Assembly: GCA_045580755.1 (NCBI GenBank)
Contig: JAZNOI010000129.1
Location: 1 to 59,932 of the forward strand
Reading direction: 5' to 3'
Origin: Eubacteriales bacterium
Lineage (GTDB): Bacteria > Bacillota > Clostridia > Oscillospirales > CAG-272
DNA length: 59,932 nucleotides
Made by a program: the position numbers and the translations under genes. Below the pieces are notes generated by a model. That model had not been told where the DNA came from, did not search any database, and was given only the letters and a program-made list of their open reading frames with translations. Below are positions 52,506 to 59,932 of the stretch, piece by piece (positions within the stretch are counted from its first letter, which is position 1; each line of letters begins with the position of its first letter).

Positions 52506-53714
52506 TTAACGATTATTATTTATTAATTCGAGAATTCTTTTTGCCTGAACAGTTGTATTCTTGTTATCTTTAATAAAAACCATTGCTTGTTCCCCAAGTT
52601 TTTTTCTCTCTTCCTGAGGCATTAAGATTGCAGATTCCAAAGTATTCTTCAAAGTCTCCGATCCGTCACCTTTTACATATATAATGTATGGATCATACTC
52701 GTCGGGGACACCTCTAAGCTTATACATAATTGTTGGAATTCCACTCGCCAAATACTCCATTGTTTTGGATGGAAAACTGTACTTTGTATACTCTCCTTTG
52801 TTTTGTCGCGGATTAACCAAAAAGGAAGCCTGTTTTCTCAGTTCTGCCACTTCTGAGCTCTTGCAGAAACCATAAAACCGTATTCTACCATCTTTTTTCT
52901 CATATTCACGTACGTCTTTTTCTGCATTACCGCTACCACAAATCCATAGCTCTATATCAGGGTTATCGATTTTGGAAAACGACTCCAACAAATCAGTGAT
53001 TCCGAATTCTTGAAACAAAGTTCCAGAATAAAAAAATATAGTTTTATCTTGTTTACTCAATACAATAGATTTTTCCGAACAATTAGAATACGTTCCTTCA
53101 ACCACTATATACGAGTCCTTGTTAATATTAATAATATCTGCCATATGTTTAGTCAATAACACGTACTTGTCAGCAACACTAACATATTTCATCATTTTTT
53201 CGCCGTAACTCTTATAAACAATGGCTTTTATCGGATTCTTCGGAAGGATTCCATACTGGCTCGGCAGATCCGGAACAATCAGCGTAACATTTACCTCGGG
53301 ATACTTTTTCTTTATTCTATCCAGAACCTGCAAGAATGGTAAATACAAAGAATATACTATTATTGCTTTTTCATTTGTTTTGCGTTCATTTATCCACTTT
53401 TCTACAAAATTACAAATCCTTCTTTTTCGGTCGATTTGTTTTATGATCGGTAAATTGCTCCCTCCGATCTCAAAGCATTGAGCGGTTTCATAATTCCAAG
53501 TACTATTACTCAAATACGGCCTTTTATAACTTTTCGGGAAAGCACCTACAGGCAAAACATGTGCAACAGTCAAATTAATATCATTTTCAATTAGACCGTC
53601 TATTATATTCCATTGGAAGATATTGACTGCATTTTGAAGTCCGCAACGCGACTCTTTCAGATAAAGTTCCTCTTTTTCTTTATCATACAGCAATCCCAAA
53701 AACAAATAATCCAT
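52506..53714 (-). CDS. Glycosyltransferase (GT4-like C-terminal half)
   Basis: Start at MDYLFLG, 1 nt after the upstream stop (TAAAATG). C-terminus EYTKYSFPSKTMEYLASGIPTIM. Confidence 0.65.
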   Translation of the reverse strand: MDYLFLGLLYDKEKEELYLKESRCGLQNAVNIFQWNIIDGLIENDINLTVAHVLPVGAFPKSYKRPYLSNSTWNYETAQCFEIGGSNLPIIKQIDRKRRICNFVEKWINERKTNEKAIIVYSLYLPFLQVLDRIKKKYPEVNVTLIVPDLPSQYGILPKNPIKAIVYKSYGEKMMKYVSVADKYVLLTKHMADIININKDSYIVVEGTYSNCSEKSIVLSKQDKTIFFYSGTLFQEFGITDLLESFSKIDNPDIELWICGSGNAEKDVREYEKKDGRIRFYGFCKSSEVAELRKQASFLVNPRQNKGEYTKYSFPSKTMEYLASGIPTIMYKLRGVPDEYDPYIIYVKGDGSETLKNTLESAILMPQEERKKLGEQAMVFIKDNKNTTVQAKRILELINNNR

Positions 53715-53715
53715 T

Positions 53716-54858
53716 TTATACCTTTCTCCAAGGACACTCAGGCTTTTCTTTAATATCTCCTGAAGCATATCCGATAATATTCAGAAAATACTGCCCCACA
53801 CTTTCCGGAGAAATAAAAGCTTTGTATTCCTTGGCATTATTTTTCCACGAGGAGAGTTTTTCTCTATCTTTTATCAATTCTTCAACTCTGTTTTTCAACT
53901 CAATATAATCTTCGCTTTTAATGACACAGCCGGCAGAACTGTATTTAATTAACTCGTCGCTCCCCGCTTGATCAGAAATAATTGTTGCAATTCCCGTATG
54001 AATCGCTTGATTTGGAGTCAAATTCCACCCGTCATATTTCGATGGAACTATGCACACATCATAGTTCGTCATATTTTGACATACATCATCATAATCCCAT
54101 CTTCCGACATAGTTAACATTAGATTTGCCTTGACACCATTGAATCACTTGATCTGCTTCATCTCCATATCCACCGACAAGATCCAGCGACCATTCATCCG
54201 TATCAGACACTTTATCAAAGGCATTCATCAATACATCTATTCCTTTGATTTTTTTATCAAATCTGCCAATATACAAGAATCTTATTTTATCACCGGTTTT
54301 TGAGCCGTTGGAAACTTCTTTTTGTTTTGGACAGTACATGTATTGAAACATACTTTTTGAATCAAAACCGTAATCAATATACTGTTTGGCACCAATTTCG
54401 CCCATAGCCAAAAACGCACGGATACAATTCCTGTATTTTAATGCCAGAAATTTATACAATAATGTATGAAGAAAATATTCAACTTTTTTACGAATACCGG
54501 AACGATACATCGCAGGTCTTTCGGCAATTACAACAATAGTTGGGGATTTACATAGTTTTTTTAATCTTTGAACTAGCTTTTCATTTCTCCCACGTAGCCC
54601 CGAAAATACATGTATTGCATCCTTTTGATTCTCAATAAGGTCTAAAGTGAAGGCTTCTCCATCTTCCATCTCGGATAAGATATATTCTTTGTATGAATCT
54701 TTTTCGCAACTATTCCAACCACAGTTTTTACGCTCAGGCGGGTAACCGTTTTCAGATACAACAATTACGTTTCCATTCCAATTATTTGCTATGTACTCAA
54801 AAACACCCAAATTAACATCCGGCGGAATATTTCTCCAAAATATTATCGTGTTGTTCAT
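53716..54858 (-). CDS. Glycosyltransferase (type B', paralog of 47951-49078)
   Basis: See the paralog motifs listed for 47951-49078. 380 aa. Confidence 0.65.
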   Translation of the reverse strand: MNNTIIFWRNIPPDVNLGVFEYIANNWNGNVIVVSENGYPPERKNCGWNSCEKDSYKEYILSEMEDGEAFTLDLIENQKDAIHVFSGLRGRNEKLVQRLKKLCKSPTIVVIAERPAMYRSGIRKKVEYFLHTLLYKFLALKYRNCIRAFLAMGEIGAKQYIDYGFDSKSMFQYMYCPKQKEVSNGSKTGDKIRFLYIGRFDKKIKGIDVLMNAFDKVSDTDEWSLDLVGGYGDEADQVIQWCQGKSNVNYVGRWDYDDVCQNMTNYDVCIVPSKYDGWNLTPNQAIHTGIATIISDQAGSDELIKYSSAGCVIKSEDYIELKNRVEELIKDREKLSSWKNNAKEYKAFISPESVGQYFLNIIGYASGDIKEKPECPWRKV

Positions 54859-54870
54859 AAATTGATCTTC

Positions 54871-56073
54871 CTATTCTTTTTGTAGGATCTGTTCGTAAAG
54901 CTCCAAATACTTTTTATATTGATTATGCAATTCATATTGTTTTGCGCGGTTGCGTACGTGCGGCCATTCTTTCGAAAGCACCTTCTCAATTGCTTCGATT
55001 ATCGTATTAATTTCTAAACCACTTAAAACAACCCCGGACTGTTCGTCGACAACTTCAGGAACTGCCGTTAAATTTGATACAACTACGGGAGTTCCACATG
55101 CCATAGCCTCAACCGTAGTAAGCCCCATAGTCTCCTGTTTACTTAAATTAACAAAAACATCAGCACCGGTGTAAATCTCCGCGAGTTCTTTCACGCTGTT
55201 TGTTTTTTCCAGAGCAACTATATTATCCGGTAAATGTTTGATCTGCTCTTTTGATAAACCTACCAACACTACTTTATAATCTTTAGATAACACTTTCGAA
55301 AGTTCGCAATAAAGTCCTAACCCCTTGCTTTCCCCCCATGCGGATGCAACGCCAAGTATTATTTTTTTATCGTCCAAACAATACCTTTTTCTAAAATCGC
55401 TATTTTGCGGTTGAAAAACATCTAGGTTTATGCCATTTGGAATAACATTTATATCACACTCCGAAAGCATCGATTGTTTACACATTTCAGCGAGCCAATT
55501 CGACGGTGTTACTATAGTTAAATTCGAAACCCCTTTGTACATTGTTTTCTTTAACGAATAATTACGCTTCGATCTGTCTAAACAAAGGCTTTGGGGATAC
55601 GCTTTGATCTGATTGCATTTTTCACAACCTTTTTTCCACTTCATACACCCGACTTCGCTAAAATGGGAACAATGACCTGTAAAAGCCCAACAATCATGAA
55701 GTGTCCAAATAACTTTTTTTCGCGACTCCTTCAAGTAATCAAACAACATTTGAATGTTTATATAGTATCCATGCAAGTTGTGTAAATGTATAATATCCGG
55801 GTCGTAATCTTTCACCCAGTCAAGAAATCTTCTTGTTGCTTTTTTGGAGTTTAGTCCGGCATTATCAAACAGCCTTGTCTGTACTCCATCAATTATTACT
55901 TCGGATTCAGTGCTTATTCTATAGGAAATACTCTTGTACTTTTCCGGAACAGAGTCTCTACCGTATGCAATTTTGCAAATATGCCCTTTTTCAACTAAAA
56001 AATCGGCTAAGTCTGTGCATATTCTGCCGGTACTTTTGATACCGCAAACAGAATTAATCATAAGCACTTTCAT
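54871..56073 (-). CDS. GT4 glycosyltransferase (type A', paralog of 50276-51493) with a 4-Cys insertion
   Basis: MKVLMINSVCGIKSTGRIC.., HDCWAFTGHCSHFSEVGCMKWKKGCEKCNQ, ..ETMGLTTVEAMACGTPVVV. Confidence 0.7.
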   Translation of the reverse strand: MKVLMINSVCGIKSTGRICTDLADFLVEKGHICKIAYGRDSVPEKYKSISYRISTESEVIIDGVQTRLFDNAGLNSKKATRRFLDWVKDYDPDIIHLHNLHGYYINIQMLFDYLKESRKKVIWTLHDCWAFTGHCSHFSEVGCMKWKKGCEKCNQIKAYPQSLCLDRSKRNYSLKKTMYKGVSNLTIVTPSNWLAEMCKQSMLSECDINVIPNGINLDVFQPQNSDFRKRYCLDDKKIILGVASAWGESKGLGLYCELSKVLSKDYKVVLVGLSKEQIKHLPDNIVALEKTNSVKELAEIYTGADVFVNLSKQETMGLTTVEAMACGTPVVVSNLTAVPEVVDEQSGVVLSGLEINTIIEAIEKVLSKEWPHVRNRAKQYELHNQYKKYLELYEQILQKE

Positions 56074-56075
56074 TA

Positions 56076-57299
56076 TTACTCTCCCGCCATAATAATATCA
56101 TACGTCTTTTTCACATCATAATCTTCAAGCAGTTTTTTATGGATCTGATCATAAAACACACCGCTTTCTTTACCACAAGCCTCATCAACTAACTTTGAAA
56201 AGGCATTCACGTCGTTACTCTCGCACCACCAACCAAACCCGCCTTCGGTAATTACCTTGCCAATGTCCGTATTTACATCCGTTGCTGCAATAACGGGCAG
56301 TCCCGCCTGCATATATGCCAACAAACGACTCGGAAAATTCGGAATAGTAAAACGATGATCCAAGAAAATCAATCCCACGTCACAAGCCGCGATCATTCGG
56401 TCATAATCTTCTTTCGGAAGGCGTTTCATCAACTTCATATTTTGGGGATTTCTGCCGTCAAAATACTCTTCCAATTTGCCGTACTCGGTTCCGTCTCCGA
56501 CAACGAGAAAAAAAGCTTTCTCATTATCCTCCTGAGACTTAAGACACTCAATGATAAACGGAATCCCTTGAGGCTTTCCCAAGTTACCGCCATACACAAA
56601 CACTTTCTTATCTTGTGGAATATCATATTTATTGCGCATTGCCGTTTTTTCTTCGACTGACAATCTGTAATCTTGACACTCTATACTGTTCGGACAAATC
56701 TCAACCTTGCCGGCGTCTATTTGCGGATTGTGTTTCAAAACGTAGTCTACGTTCGCTTGAGACATACACCCGATCCTATCGGATAAGTCATACAACTTCT
56801 TTTCTTTTTTTCTGAAATTCTTATACAGTAATCCCTTCAATCCCGTTTTCTTCATCATTCCCATATCCAGTGCGTTCTGGGGAAATATATCTTTCAGCAT
56901 CAGATAAGTTCTTGCTCCGTCTCGCTTCTTCAAATACCGAATAGGTTTTATTAAAGTGATCGGAGGGGTAGAATACAAAACCAAATCAAATCGTATGTTT
57001 TTTAAATATTTTTTTATTCCCTTTTGCAAAACATACTCAAGGAGGACCGTAGAAATTCCTTTTTCGATAATATTCGTTTTTTGAATATTCCCGGTTCTTA
57101 ATTTCAGTATGTGAACGCGTTTATCTAACTCATTGTCAGAACTATCTATAAAATGCGTTGACAACCCATATCTGCGCTCAACCGGAGAAATTATATAAAC
57201 CTCATGTCCGTTTTGAGCAAACTGTCTCATAAGATCAGAATAAATATTGTGTTCTTCTGCAGAACGTATATCCAATAATGTCATAAAAAGAATATTCAT
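56076..57299 (-). CDS. GT4 glycosyltransferase, WbuB-like (candidate L-FucNAc transferase)
   Basis: MNILFMTLLDIRSAEEHNIYSDLMRQFAQNGHEVYIISP is a WbuB/Cap-type N-terminus. It co-occurs with capE/F/G. The acceptor and donor are inferred. Confidence 0.55.
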   Translation of the reverse strand: MNILFMTLLDIRSAEEHNIYSDLMRQFAQNGHEVYIISPVERRYGLSTHFIDSSDNELDKRVHILKLRTGNIQKTNIIEKGISTVLLEYVLQKGIKKYLKNIRFDLVLYSTPPITLIKPIRYLKKRDGARTYLMLKDIFPQNALDMGMMKKTGLKGLLYKNFRKKEKKLYDLSDRIGCMSQANVDYVLKHNPQIDAGKVEICPNSIECQDYRLSVEEKTAMRNKYDIPQDKKVFVYGGNLGKPQGIPFIIECLKSQEDNEKAFFLVVGDGTEYGKLEEYFDGRNPQNMKLMKRLPKEDYDRMIAACDVGLIFLDHRFTIPNFPSRLLAYMQAGLPVIAATDVNTDIGKVITEGGFGWWCESNDVNAFSKLVDEACGKESGVFYDQIHKKLLEDYDVKKTYDIIMAGE

Positions 57300-57321
57300 T
57301 ATCTTGCTTCATTCTCCAATC

Positions 57322-57951
57322 TTATTTTGCCGGTACCCCTTTATATACCCCGGCAGCACAAATGTTTTTCACTACGGTTGCACCCGCTCCGATCATACAA
57401 TCATCACAAATGTTTATATTGTTTATCACTGTCGCTCCTGCGCCCACAAACACTCTAGCCCCTACATTTACCGTACCTGCTAAATGAGCACCAACTGATA
57501 TATGCGAAAAAGCTCCGACCGTACAATCATGATCAACAGAACTGCAAGTGTTTACTATTACGCCTTCTCCTATTATCGCACAAGAATTAATAACCGCTCC
57601 CGCCATAACGACTGAGCCTGTACCTACGACAACTCCGTCTCCAATACAAGCATTCGGATGAATCAAAGTTGCGAAACAAACATTTTTATCTTGAAGCTCT
57701 CGCTGTATTCGTTCTCTGACTTGATTATTTCCTATCGCAACGACAAAATCATGTCCCTCTATGTATTTATAATAATCTTTTACCATTCCGGAAACACAGA
57801 CTTTATCATTATTCGTATCAGAATCGTCAAGAAAAAGTATATTTTTATAAACTCCGCCTTTTTTCGCAATATCCGCCACGACTCTTCCGTGCCCGCCGGC
57901 ACCGATAATCACAAGATTGTCATTCATCGTTCTCATTACCTTCCGTTTCAC
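57322..57951 (-). CDS. PglD/NeuD-family amino-sugar N-acetyltransferase (hexapeptide repeats)
   Basis: [18 protein letters not shown] plus LbH repeats. GTG at 57951 has GAGGGA upstream. The alternative ATG (MNDNLV) at 57927 is equally plausible. Confidence 0.7.
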   Translation of the reverse strand: MKRKVMRTMNDNLVIIGAGGHGRVVADIAKKGGVYKNILFLDDSDTNNDKVCVSGMVKDYYKYIEGHDFVVAIGNNQVRERIQRELQDKNVCFATLIHPNACIGDGVVVGTGSVVMAGAVINSCAIIGEGVIVNTCSSVDHDCTVGAFSHISVGAHLAGTVNVGARVFVGAGATVINNINICDDCMIGAGATVVKNICAAGVYKGVPAK

Positions 57952-58555
57952 AAACGGTCCCTCTGAACTCTTCCATAGTTACAGAGGTTTCAGAGCTGAT
58001 CCCATCCTTTTTCAGCACTGCCAATACGGTGCCGAAAATAATCTTTATATCACCCAAAAAAGTTATGTTCTTCACATATTCAACATCAAGTTTAAATTTC
58101 TGTTCCCACGTTATGGCGTTTCGTCCGTTTATCTGAGCAAGTCCCGTCAAGCCGGGGCGAACGGTATGCCTCTGTCTTTGTTCCTCGTTGTACAGCGGTA
58201 AATACTTCACCAAAAGCGGTCTCGGACCAACTATCGACATATCGCCCTTCAAAATATTGATCAACTCGGGCAATTCATCAAGGCTGGTACTCCTCAAAAA
58301 CTTACCGTATTTTGTCAGTCTTGCTTCGTCAGAAAGCAGGTTTCCGTCTTTATCCTTGGCATTTGTCATCGTACGGAATTTTATAAGCTTAAAAATCTTT
58401 TCATTTTTTCCGGGTCTTTGCTGTGTAAAAAACGGATTGCCCTTCATCTTTATTGCACCGATTATGATCAGTATTAACAACACCGGCGAGAGAACGATAA
58501 TCGCAATCAAAGAAAGAACAAAATCAATTACACGCTTAAAAAACTTTGCGTACAT
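57920..58555 (-). CDS. Small monotopic phosphoglycosyl transferase (PglC/WbaP-C-terminal type), the initiating enzyme
   Basis: Start at [13 protein letters not shown] (GAGG RBS). [28 protein letters not shown] is the bacterial sugar transferase signature. Confidence 0.8.
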   Translation of the reverse strand: MYAKFFKRVIDFVLSLIAIIVLSPVLLILIIIGAIKMKGNPFFTQQRPGKNEKIFKLIKFRTMTNAKDKDGNLLSDEARLTKYGKFLRSTSLDELPELINILKGDMSIVGPRPLLVKYLPLYNEEQRQRHTVRPGLTGLAQINGRNAITWEQKFKLDVEYVKNITFLGDIKIIFGTVLAVLKKDGISSETSVTMEEFRGTVCETEGNENDE

Positions 58556-58563
58556 ATGTAACC

Positions 58564-59823
58564 TCAAAAACAACTCTTAATTATTTCTATTATTTGATCC
58601 TGCTCTTCCGCAGTCATCTTGTTATCACTGGGTAAGCATAAGCCTCTTTCAAAAATGTCAGCCCCAACATCTGTACAGCCGCCGGCTATGTATGCGTTTG
58701 TTCTGCAGCGTCCGCTTCCGTCGCGTGTTACAAATTCGTGCATACGGTACATCGGCTGCATATGCATCGGCTTCCAGATCGGTCTGCCCTCAGCATTATA
58801 TCTTGCCAGAGTCTCAAGGATTTCTGTAGGGCAAGTCTTTCCTTCTTCTTTCACATAACAAGCTTCGTTATCACTTCTGACTTGCTTGCACATAGCCTCT
58901 TTATCGATAATCATACAAGAAAGCCAGAAATTCGGTTCACAAACAGATTCATCATAAGGATTCATCTGCACGGGCAAGTCCTTCAAGCCTTCTTTATATC
59001 GCATATATATTGCCTTCTTTTGAGCTATATGCTCTTCAAGGTATGGATACTGGCCCCTAACTACTCCGGCGATAACATTACTCATTCGGTAGTTATAACC
59101 GACTTCTTCATGTTGATACCAAGGTGCATTCTCTCGGCTCTGCGTAGACCACTTGCGAGTCTTGTTAGCAACCTCTATATCGTTTGTCAAAAGACAGCCG
59201 CCGGAAGAACCGGTAATGATCTTATTGCCGTTATAGCTAATAGCAGAATAATCACCAAACGATCCGCACTGCTTTCCGAAAATGGTAGCTCCCATCGCCT
59301 CAGCTGCATCTTCTATCAGGAGTGCTCCGTGCTTTTCACAAATCTTTTTTATAATATCCATTCGACCGGGGAACCCGTACAACTCCGCAGACACAACAAG
59401 CTTTACGTCAGGATACATTTCAAATGCTTTCTCGAGAGCAACGGGGTCCATGTTCCATGAATCCGCTTCAGTGTCAATAAACACAGGAATACCGCCTTCA
59501 TAAACGACCGGATTTAAAGTAGCATCAAAAGTCATATCGGAACAAAAAACTCTTTTTCCTTCCAATGCACCGTGGCTGATTTTTGGTTTTCCGTATATAG
59601 CTTCTCCCGCGTGTTTTACAGCAAGATGAAGTGCAGCTGTACAACACGAAAGACCGACCGCATACTTCACCTCAGCCTTTTCTGCTGCGATTCTTTCTAC
59701 CTCGTTGATATTCTCTCCGACCGTACTCATCCAGTTTGTGTCATAAGCCTGCTGAATAAATTTCATCTCTTCTCCGTGCATAGTGGGGGTCGCGAGCCAA
59801 ATCTTCTTATCAAAAGCCTTCAT
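58564..59823 (-). CDS. DegT/DnrJ/EryC1/StrS-family PLP-dependent sugar aminotransferase
   Basis: [25 protein letters not shown].., ..[17 protein letters not shown] (PLP lysine region). 419 aa. Confidence 0.8.
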   Translation of the reverse strand: MKAFDKKIWLATPTMHGEEMKFIQQAYDTNWMSTVGENINEVERIAAEKAEVKYAVGLSCCTAALHLAVKHAGEAIYGKPKISHGALEGKRVFCSDMTFDATLNPVVYEGGIPVFIDTEADSWNMDPVALEKAFEMYPDVKLVVSAELYGFPGRMDIIKKICEKHGALLIEDAAEAMGATIFGKQCGSFGDYSAISYNGNKIITGSSGGCLLTNDIEVANKTRKWSTQSRENAPWYQHEEVGYNYRMSNVIAGVVRGQYPYLEEHIAQKKAIYMRYKEGLKDLPVQMNPYDESVCEPNFWLSCMIIDKEAMCKQVRSDNEACYVKEEGKTCPTEILETLARYNAEGRPIWKPMHMQPMYRMHEFVTRDGSGRCRTNAYIAGGCTDVGADIFERGLCLPSDNKMTAEEQDQIIEIIKSCF

Positions 59824-59889
59824 AGCAATTCCTCTTGTCTCGAAAATATTATGATTATAAAAATATATATAAATATATATTTAATTCTT

Positions 59890-59918
59890 ATTATAATCCA
59901 TTTTTAAATATATGTCAA
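59890..59918 (-). promoter_or_regulatory. Promoter TTGACA-17-TATAAT (minus strand) at the head of the polysaccharide locus
   Basis: Exact consensus on the reverse complement, about 65 nt upstream of the aminotransferase ATG. Confidence 0.5.
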
Positions 59919-59932
59919 CCCTAAAGTAAAAA

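Noticed and set aside
1-59932. Search for mobile elements, prophage, defence systems, CRISPR, tRNA and rRNA
   Set aside because: I recognised no integrase, transposase or recombinase motifs, no cas or restriction-modification-like genes, no direct-repeat/spacer arrays and no tRNA cloverleaf or rRNA segments. Absence is judged by eye only.

Overview
This 59.9 kb window looks like chromosome from a low-GC, spore-forming Firmicute. The evidence is spoIVB, Gram-positive lipoboxes, AGGAGG-type RBSs and a cohesin/dockerin pair. A Clostridia or Ruminococcaceae-like origin is inference only. I recognised no rRNA, tRNA, CRISPR array, integrase or transposase.

The window has three parts.

(1) Bases 1-18.2 kb:
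- An edge-truncated giant surface-protein gene of 1995 codons on the minus strand. It is absent from the ORF track because it has no stop codon in the window.
- A divergent AraC regulator.
- A long-form PRPP synthetase.
- Two tandem GH20-like hexosaminidase paralogs.
- A BMP-family (nucleoside-type) ABC importer whose ATPase is fused to a permease.

(2) Bases 18.5-40.5 kb, an accessory-looking cell-surface region:
- gdhA, and coaX with an ECF S-component.
- A dockerin-bearing SH3b/glucosaminidase next to a membrane-anchored cohesin protein.
- A 37-aa Asn/Lys/Thr-rich micro-ORF.
- A VanY-like protein that has lost its metal ligands.
- spoIVB.
- Five copies of an unassigned module with conserved Cys, His and EQTD motifs. 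There are three about 390-430 aa proteins and two copies inside a 1416-aa beta-helix surface protein.
- Three of the secreted-protein loci are divergently paired with AraC-type regulators. This is my best candidate for an undescribed system.

(3) Bases 40.5-59.8 kb:
- One minus-strand, Wzx/Wzy-type polysaccharide locus of 18 genes.
- It contains a PglC/PglD/aminotransferase-like head, capE/F/G for L-FucNAc, duplicated glycosyltransferase pairs, and a terminal sugar kinase plus nucleotidyltransferase.
- Its centre is markedly AT-rich.

CDS ends follow the ORF track. Several starts were re-picked by RBS and by agreement between paralogs. Hand-read coordinates of hairpins and promoters may be off by 1-2 nt. 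All family assignments come from motifs read by eye. No searches were run.
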